Positions 57,611-64,000 of a stretch of 64,000 nt of DNA are shown here, piece by piece. Made by a program: the position numbers and the translations under genes. The notes under the pieces were generated by a model that had not been told where the DNA came from, ran no database searches, and was given only the letters and a program-made list of their open reading frames with translations. Within the stretch, counting starts at the first letter, position 1, and each line of letters opens with the position of its first letter. This DNA comes from an uncultured Planctomycetia bacterium (lineage in GTDB: Bacteria > Omnitrophota > Gorgyraeia > 2-02-FULL-51-18), in NCBI GenBank assembly GCA_964642015.1, contig CAZXLF010000001.1:181541-245540 (forward strand). The letters run 5' to 3'.

Positions 57611-58915
57611 ATGAAAAATATATTATTTAAGAATATTGCGTTGCCGGCCCTATTTTTGGGGCTGATTTCATTTTTTTATAATTCGTCCGCATCAGCGGAT
57701 GTGAACTCCACTGCAGTTACTGCGGGCAATGTGGCTCACAGTCAGGGAACAAAAGCGTCGGAGAGCTATGAAGCTGAAGGCCGAGCCGGCGGACCTATTT
57801 ATGAGTACGGCAAAGGTATCTATCTCGGGCCGGCTCATTTCATTCCTGCCATTGGTTACCAATACTCTTGGATGGATAACGTGTTCTATGATGAAAGAGG
57901 TATTAAATCCGATTATGTGAGCCGTCTTAATACCGATCTTACCGGCGAGCTTCCTTTGGGTGGTGGTCAGCATTTGGTCACGATGTCTTATATTACAAGC
58001 ACTGAATGGTTCGAACGTTTCCGGAGCCAGAATCATACCGATCAGACTGTTGCGGGAGGGGTCAAATTAAATTATGTACCGTTCAGCCTGAATGTGGAAG
58101 ATCACTTTTTGAGAACAGAGGATAGGTCTGGCACTGAATTTACGCAGCGTATTCAAAGAGATGAAAACACGGCGCATGCACTTTTAGAAATCCCGTTTGC
58201 CGCTTTTTTTCTTGAAACGGAAAGCTTTGATTTGAATGAAGATTATAGACAGGCAGCGGATCAATCTTTCACGCATAATAATTTTGATTTTTATCAAAGA
58301 GTCGGTATAGATATTTCCGGCAACAATCAATTTTTAGCCGAATATGGCTATACGCACATTGATTATACTAACAGTCCTTTCAATAGGGATGGTAACGCGA
58401 ATCAATTTGCATTGGGTCTTCGCGGAAATTTAACAGAAAGAATTTCCTATCAGGTATGGGGAGGGGCTCAGTATCGTATCTATGATGAAAGTTCTTTACC
58501 CGATTTTAACGGGTTCATCATGAGAGCCGCTGCCGAATACGCCATCTCGGATGCAAGCCACGTGGCTTTGAAACTGGACAGAAGCCCCCAGGAATCCACC
58601 TTTGATAACCAAAGCTTTTATGTAAGGGACCACTCGGAATTGACTTGGAGACAGCAGATAGCCGATCGCCTATTTTTTAATACGACCGAGGCGTTCGATT
58701 ATAATGAATATTCCCGCGTCACTGTCCTGGCGAGTAAACAGGAAGTGAGAAAAGACTATGTGTGGGGAGCATCTGCGGGCCTTGAATATGTTCTGCCGAA
58801 TAATTTGACCTCTTTGACCTTGGATTACCACTTGAATGGCCGCGTATCCAATCTGGATGGTTCATTGGGCTATGATGCCAATGAGGTCACGGCCGGCATA
58901 AGGACTTCGTTCTAA
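57611..58915 (+). CDS. putative outer-membrane beta-barrel protein associated with the polysaccharide export locus
   Basis: Signal peptide. Alternating amphipathic beta-strand pattern rich in Y/G/N/D. C-terminal aromatic residue (..GIRTSF), typical of OMPs. Confidence 0.45.
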   Translation: MKNILFKNIALPALFLGLISFFYNSSASADVNSTAVTAGNVAHSQGTKASESYEAEGRAGGPIYEYGKGIYLGPAHFIPAIGYQYSWMDNVFYDERGIKSDYVSRLNTDLTGELPLGGGQHLVTMSYITSTEWFERFRSQNHTDQTVAGGVKLNYVPFSLNVEDHFLRTEDRSGTEFTQRIQRDENTAHALLEIPFAAFFLETESFDLNEDYRQAADQSFTHNNFDFYQRVGIDISGNNQFLAEYGYTHIDYTNSPFNRDGNANQFALGLRGNLTERISYQVWGGAQYRIYDESSLPDFNGFIMRAAAEYAISDASHVALKLDRSPQESTFDNQSFYVRDHSELTWRQQIADRLFFNTTEAFDYNEYSRVTVLASKQEVRKDYVWGASAGLEYVLPNNLTSLTLDYHLNGRVSNLDGSLGYDANEVTAGIRTSF

Positions 58916-58937
58916 CCCAAGAGTTTATTCAATTATT

Positions 58938-59582
58938 ATGAAAAATACCAAAAAGCTGAGAAATCTTTTTCTTTTTTACACCATTACATTTTGCTTTTTA
59001 AGCGCTTTTTATTCCTGCGCTTTGGCCGGCGAGGAAGGGGCAGCTGATCCTACGACGACCGCGACTACCCAGTCCAATAAGAGGGACGAAGTTGCGTATG
59101 TTATAGGTCCTCAGAACATGCTTCAGATCAAGATCTTTGGAGACGCTAGCACGCATCAGCTCTACCGTGTCGATGAGCTAGGCTACATCAATCATGCATT
59201 GGTTGGAAAGATAAAATTGGCGGGCCTGACGATCGCCGAAGCGGAAAAGCTTTTGGAAAGAAGCCTGGATAAAGATTATATCATCAACCCGAAGGTGAAC
59301 ATCTTTGTGCTTCAATACAGCACATTTTCAATTATCGGAGAAGTCAGAAAGCCCGGTAATTATGAAATAACCGGCCGGGTCACTGTGATCGAAGCGATTT
59401 CTATGGCAGGAGGTTTCACAGCGGTCGCGAATCAACGCGGCGTTAAGATTATGCGTAAAACCGAAGGACGCGAGACCACCGTCAATGTGGATACTACGCG
59501 GGTTACGCAACAAGGTGACCGCACAGGTGATGTGGATGTGCAGCAGGACGATGTTATAGTCGTTCCCAAAAGCTTTTTCTAA
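58938..59582 (+). CDS. polysaccharide biosynthesis/export protein (Wza-like, Poly_export + SLBB domain)
   Basis: A Poly_export motif (..YVIGPQNMLQIKIFGD...) and an SLBB-like beta-grasp (IIGEVRKPGNYEI). 214 aa, lipoprotein-like N-terminus. Confidence 0.75.
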   Translation: MKNTKKLRNLFLFYTITFCFLSAFYSCALAGEEGAADPTTTATTQSNKRDEVAYVIGPQNMLQIKIFGDASTHQLYRVDELGYINHALVGKIKLAGLTIAEAEKLLERSLDKDYIINPKVNIFVLQYSTFSIIGEVRKPGNYEITGRVTVIEAISMAGGFTAVANQRGVKIMRKTEGRETTVNVDTTRVTQQGDRTGDVDVQQDDVIVVPKSFF

Positions 59583-59597
59583 TATTCTCACCTACTC

Positions 59598-61313
59598 ATG
59601 GAAGATCAATCAATAAATCAGGAAGTAAATCTTAAAAGTTATTTGCAGGTGCTTTCCCGGCGCCGGTGGGTGATCATTACTTTTTTTGTGATCTGTGTTA
59701 CCACTGTGACGATCGGTACTTTCATGATGACACCTGTTTACCGGGCCGGAACCAAGATCATTATCGAAGGTGAGAATACCAGCATCCGCACGGCCGAGGA
59801 TTCTTCAATGTCGGGCACCGGAATTGAGATATATGAAAATTATCTCGAGACTCAGATGTCTTTGATCAAGTCCGATAGCATTGCCGGTCGGGTCGCTGAT
59901 GAATTCAAGCTCTCTGATACACCTCGCTATAAGAAAAAAGAAGGTCTGGCAAAATTGTTTCAGCATAGTTTTGAGAAGGATCTCAATCTCGAACGTGTCA
60001 AAGGCACGCGCATGGTCATTATCTGGGTGGACAATCCAGAGCCCAAAATGGCTGCCGATCTGGCAAACCGACTAGCGGAGGTCTATACCAAGGATAATAT
60101 GAAGCGCCGCGCGCTTACATTTATCCGGAATCAGCGCATGGCATCTTTGAACGCTGAATTTTTAAGGCTTCAAGAAAAACTCGATAACCTTTCAACGCAG
60201 TTTGGCCCCAAACATCCTGAGATGGTCGTGCTAAGAGAAGAGATAAGGACGATGGCCAAGCGCATCGAAAATGAGCGTTTTGGTTCTGGCAGTCAAGATG
60301 GACTAGGGGATAAAACCGCCGCTCAACCTCAGCAGGTTTTGGAGGAGTCGCTTCTTAAGATTCAGGAGAGCTCAGTTTTTTCAAGTTCCAAAGTCAACAA
60401 TACAGGCATTGTGGACCTAGCTTATCCTCCGACGGAAATATTCAGGCCCAAGATTCCTATCAATATCGCCCTGGGATTTGTAATGGGTCTTGTCGGCGGT
60501 ATCCTTCTGGCGTATTTTGTCGATTATTTGGATGATTCGATCAAAACCGAGGATGATCTTAAAAGATATATCAGCGGCGCGCCTTTCCTGGGTCCTGTGA
60601 TGTCTGAGCGTACCTTGAAGAATGGGTTGAACAAAACATCCGACATTGATCGGCTTGTGGAGATCAGGTCAGAATCTCCGTCGGCGGAGTCTTACCGACT
60701 TATTCGCACACGTATCTTGTGGTCTATTTCGCGGGACCATGTGTTCAAGGATTTTGCGGTCGTGAGCGCCGGCGCTTCCGAGGGTAAATCGACGGTTGCT
60801 TCAAATCTTGCGATATCGCTTTCGCAGATCAATAAAAAAGTACTTCTTGTGGATACGGATCTTCGGCGCGGCCGTTTGTATGACTCATATAATTTGGTCA
60901 AAGATAAAGGTTTGGGCGAATATTTGTCGGGAGATGCTAAATTAGATGACGTGATCCAGAAGACATTGATGCCTAATTTGAGCGCGGTAGTGGCCGGCAG
61001 AAGCGTGATCGATACTTCTCAATTGTTCAGTTCCGATAGAATGAAAGAATTCATTCAGGAAACGCGTAAAAAATTTGACGTGATCGTCTATGACACTCCT
61101 CCTGTGATCGTGATCTCAGACACGTCGATCCTGGTGCCTCAGCTGGGCGGCGTTGTTTTTACGATCCGCAGCGGGGTGACCAACGCCAGGCGCCTCAATA
61201 AGGCTATGAATATCATCAAGGAAACCGGCAACGCTCAAGTGATCGGAGTGATCTTGAACGGTGCAGATCTAGTGGATAAGAAGGTTTATAAAAACTATTA
61301 TCACAAGATTTAA
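59598..61313 (+). CDS. polysaccharide biosynthesis tyrosine autokinase / chain-length determinant (Wzc/GumC-like)
   Basis: N-terminal Wzz domain with 2 TM segments, then a C-terminal CapB-like ATPase with Walker A (SAGASEGKSTVASNLA) and Walker B (VIVYDTPP). Confidence 0.8.
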   Translation: MEDQSINQEVNLKSYLQVLSRRRWVIITFFVICVTTVTIGTFMMTPVYRAGTKIIIEGENTSIRTAEDSSMSGTGIEIYENYLETQMSLIKSDSIAGRVADEFKLSDTPRYKKKEGLAKLFQHSFEKDLNLERVKGTRMVIIWVDNPEPKMAADLANRLAEVYTKDNMKRRALTFIRNQRMASLNAEFLRLQEKLDNLSTQFGPKHPEMVVLREEIRTMAKRIENERFGSGSQDGLGDKTAAQPQQVLEESLLKIQESSVFSSSKVNNTGIVDLAYPPTEIFRPKIPINIALGFVMGLVGGILLAYFVDYLDDSIKTEDDLKRYISGAPFLGPVMSERTLKNGLNKTSDIDRLVEIRSESPSAESYRLIRTRILWSISRDHVFKDFAVVSAGASEGKSTVASNLAISLSQINKKVLLVDTDLRRGRLYDSYNLVKDKGLGEYLSGDAKLDDVIQKTLMPNLSAVVAGRSVIDTSQLFSSDRMKEFIQETRKKFDVIVYDTPPVIVISDTSILVPQLGGVVFTIRSGVTNARRLNKAMNIIKETGNAQVIGVILNGADLVDKKVYKNYYHKI

Positions 61314-61325
61314 GCCGACCGGAGA

Positions 61326-63653
61326 ATGAGCCGAGAATCCGCTTTCGATCTTTTCTTCCTGCTTGCGATTTTATTAGCTCCTCTATATCTTGGGGCGGTC
61401 TATCTCTGGAGTTTTTCCATCTCGATCTTTGTTTTAACAGCCTCGTTCTACCTTTATTGGCTGCGTCTTCAAAGATCTCCCGATCCTGTTGTGATCCAAA
61501 CGCGTTTAGACGGTTTGATCGTACTTTACCTCGCGTTTTTCATCATTTCCGCTACACAGACTCAAAATATTTACAAAACATCCGTTGAAGTGTTTAAAAC
61601 CCTGTCTATGTTCTGTGTTTTCTACGCCACCTTATATTATTGCCGGGAAAGAAGGAATATCCAGTCGCTGGCCAGCGGCATGACTTTTTTAGGCGGAGCG
61701 ATCTCTCTTTTTGGCATATTGCAGCTGCTCGGGGCGCTGCCGCATTACTGGTGGCGCAGGGAACATTTTTTATCATCCGTATATGTGAACCATAATCACT
61801 TTGCGGGGATCCTCGAAATTATTCTGCCTATTTCCGTAGGGCTTGCCCTTATCTTAGATCAGAAATCCAAGAAAATATTATTCGTTTTTTTACTCGGTCT
61901 TATGGGAGTGGCATTCATCCTTTCTTTGTCCCGCGGCGGATTTCTATCAATGGGTCTGGCATTTGGGTTTATGCTTTTACTGCTTGTGATCCGGCGCGCT
62001 GTCGGGAAGGCATTTTTGGTGATAGCGGCTTTGGTGCTTATGATTACTAGCGTGGCACTGCTGTTTGGGCTTGATCCGATTTTGAGCCGGATAGCAACTA
62101 TGAAGAATATCGATTCAACCGATGACGTTTCGATGATCCAGCGTATTTTGATTTGGAAGGGAACAGCCCGCCTTATCTTTGGGCATTTCTGGTTTGGTAC
62201 GGGTCCCGGCACTTTTGAGTCAACGTTTTTTAAATTTCGTCCGAAAGGATTTATCGATAGACCGGGTTTTGCCCACAATGATTATTTACAGCTTTGGGCA
62301 GATTGCGGGGTTTTTGTGTTCTTATCAGCGATGGCGCTTTTTGCGGCGCTGTTTTATAAAGGTCTGAGAATTGTTCAAAAACACCAAAGCATGTTGAGTC
62401 TCGGGATCGCCAGCGGCTGCCTTGCCTCGATCGCCGCTTGGGGCGTGCATAGTCTGGTCGACTTTAATTTTCATATTCCGGCGAATTGGATCTTTTTTAC
62501 AGTTGCCTCGGGAATGCTTCTTTCGGTGGGCCGGCCTAAGGGTTATACCGCGTCTTTTTCTCGAAAGTCCATGCAAGTTCTGATATCGGCTTCTTGTATT
62601 TTGGTTCTTGCGGGTTGTATTTTTTTTGGGATTTCCGATTGGTTCCTATGGAAAGGCATGAAGGAATATAAAGCGGGTCACGCCGATGCCGCGGTTGTTT
62701 CTTTCGGCAAGAGCATTCAGATCAATCCGTTCAATCCCGAACCTTATTTTTTAAAAGCCCTTATCTTGAATTCAAGCGGGATCGACGCCGTCGATCTCGT
62801 TCAAGCCATCCGTATAGATCCTTCGGAGCCCTACTATGATTATGAATTAGGGAAAGCATATTTAAAATCTTCCAGACCGAAAGATATTCTCAACATTCTC
62901 CCGTATTTCACAAAAGCGATAGAGAAGGACCCGACAGATCCGCGGCTGCGTTATCTTTCAGCGAGATATCTTTTATCGGCCAATCGCATCAGGAATAAAA
63001 CAATCGAAAATGAGGCCAAAGAGATGTTGAGAGTTTCCATTCGGCTTAATCCGCCATCAGCGCTTTCTGTCTATGAGGCTTTATGGGAATACGAAAATAA
63101 TATCGAAATGCTCGAAGATTTTCACCGTTCAGTCCCCGAAGGTCTTAAGGGTTTTGTGGAATTTCTTGCGGAAAACGATCTATGGAAATATCATCGAAAA
63201 TATTATCTGGAAAGCCAGGGCATCGACCCCGATAGAAAATATCAGCTTCGCGTCTCAACGCCTTGGAACAGCGAACCAATCGAAAGTTATTCTTTAAATG
63301 AGCTGGATGCGGTTAGCGGCGAAGCATTTTTTCAGGGTAATTTTGTTTATTCGAACGGTCGCTTCGAGAAGAGGATATCCTTTAAAAATTTACCCTATCG
63401 TTTAGAAATCAGGGCCAAAGGCAGTAAAGCCGGTAATTCTTATCCTGTTTTGATCGTTGGACTTGATGGCAAAACAGTCGATTCCATTTATATTGATAGT
63501 CCCGGTTTTGTAAATTTTTTCTCGATCTTGCAAACAAGCGCTGGTGAACATGTCTTGAGTATTGAGTATTCCAATGATTACCAAGGAGGTTCGCCGAAAA
63601 GGGATAGGAATGTTTGGATCGAAACGATCCGCTTGTATGAATCTCTAAGTTAA
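61326..63653 (+). CDS. O-antigen ligase (Wzy_C) family membrane protein with C-terminal TPR repeats
   Basis: Multi-TM N-terminal half with the O-antigen-ligase motif region (AHNDYLQLWADCG), then TPR-like repeats (KAGHADAAVVSFGKSIQINPFNPEPYF...). Confidence 0.7.
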   Translation: MSRESAFDLFFLLAILLAPLYLGAVYLWSFSISIFVLTASFYLYWLRLQRSPDPVVIQTRLDGLIVLYLAFFIISATQTQNIYKTSVEVFKTLSMFCVFYATLYYCRERRNIQSLASGMTFLGGAISLFGILQLLGALPHYWWRREHFLSSVYVNHNHFAGILEIILPISVGLALILDQKSKKILFVFLLGLMGVAFILSLSRGGFLSMGLAFGFMLLLLVIRRAVGKAFLVIAALVLMITSVALLFGLDPILSRIATMKNIDSTDDVSMIQRILIWKGTARLIFGHFWFGTGPGTFESTFFKFRPKGFIDRPGFAHNDYLQLWADCGVFVFLSAMALFAALFYKGLRIVQKHQSMLSLGIASGCLASIAAWGVHSLVDFNFHIPANWIFFTVASGMLLSVGRPKGYTASFSRKSMQVLISASCILVLAGCIFFGISDWFLWKGMKEYKAGHADAAVVSFGKSIQINPFNPEPYFLKALILNSSGIDAVDLVQAIRIDPSEPYYDYELGKAYLKSSRPKDILNILPYFTKAIEKDPTDPRLRYLSARYLLSANRIRNKTIENEAKEMLRVSIRLNPPSALSVYEALWEYENNIEMLEDFHRSVPEGLKGFVEFLAENDLWKYHRKYYLESQGIDPDRKYQLRVSTPWNSEPIESYSLNELDAVSGEAFFQGNFVYSNGRFEKRISFKNLPYRLEIRAKGSKAGNSYPVLIVGLDGKTVDSIYIDSPGFVNFFSILQTSAGEHVLSIEYSNDYQGGSPKRDRNVWIETIRLYESLS

Positions 63654-63693
63654 AAAATAACCCCCTTATCAGAAAATAAAGGGGGTTATTTTA
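63654..63693. terminator. bidirectional rho-independent terminator (AATAACCCCCTT-loop-AAGGGGGTTATT flanked by A/T runs)
   Basis: 12-bp perfect inverted repeat between convergent genes (the ligase on +, the 63712-63993 ORF on -). Confidence 0.7.
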
Positions 63694-63711
63694 AAGCTAT
63701 TTACTTATTGA

Positions 63712-63993
63712 TTATCGGATGTCATCAACCGATGATGGTTTTGGTGACGGCGAGGCAAAATCATCGGGATTTTCGGGCGTGCCGTTATTTTGTGTATTGG
63801 TCTGAGCCGGTTCTCCGGTCGCGATCTCAAGATTCACATCTTTGGATTCACCCGGGTTAAGTTTATAATTCACTCCTAAGATGGAGAATTCCACCGGACC
63901 GTTTGACGCGGGATCGTTTTGAATGCCGATAGCCCCCTTATCACGATCATAATCCACATGAATTTTCTTTCCATCGGTTAGATTGAGATCCAT
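63712..63993 (-). CDS. hypothetical protein (93 aa, Pro/Ser-rich C-terminus)
   Basis: Convergent ORF ending at the bidirectional terminator. No family recognised. Confidence 0.3.
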   Translation of the reverse strand: MDLNLTDGKKIHVDYDRDKGAIGIQNDPASNGPVEFSILGVNYKLNPGESKDVNLEIATGEPAQTNTQNNGTPENPDDFASPSPKPSSVDDIR

Positions 63994-64000
63994 TTGCGCC

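Overview
The window is a gene-dense bacterial chromosomal segment of moderate GC. Almost all core genes lie on the + strand. The main exception is a ~11.7 kb insertion whose genes run on the - strand.

Core genes, in order:
- a deoxyhypusine-synthase-like enzyme, an RluA-type pseudouridine synthase, a LOG-family protein, an OmpA/LysM protein, a Bax-inhibitor-1/YccA protein and gpmA;
- a folate/purine block pabB-pabC-purH-folC, followed by mnmE;
- a PAP2 protein, a LysM-L,D-transpeptidase and accA;
- a partner-switching module (RsbW-like kinase, STAS antagonist) followed by mlaEFD, a CHASE2-PP2C phosphatase and a REC-GGDEF(degenerate)-EAL protein;
- a ComFB-like protein, addB/addA, a DUF2934 protein and a ZIP transporter;
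- tRNA-Ala(GGC) and tRNA-Leu(CAA), each followed by a short paralogous GC-rich insert that ends in a duplicate of the tRNA 3' end;
- a PEP-synthase regulatory protein, leuS, comEC and a retropepsin-like protease;
- a phosphonate module (PepM fused to a LicC-like nucleotidyltransferase, plus phosphonopyruvate decarboxylase), then spoVG and yraN;
- a polysaccharide export/assembly locus (BNR-repeat protein, outer-membrane barrel, Wza-like, Wzc-like, O-antigen-ligase/TPR protein).

The most striking feature is that comM/yifB is split at codon ~77 by the insertion (about 42377-54110). The insert carries:
- a large serine recombinase at its left end;
- a DnaC/IstB-like ATPase and a DUF1376-like initiator;
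- a small serine resolvase;
- two unknown proteins;
- a translationally coupled TIR-like (ThsB-like) protein plus a small 3-TM protein;
- a complete Type III R-M system (mod + res).

I read this as a comM-targeting integrative defense island. The TIR/TM pair, which lacks a canonical ThsA partner, is the best candidate for an undescribed defense module. All functional calls come from motif and architecture recognition in the translated ORFs and from inspecting the DNA directly. No database search was run.
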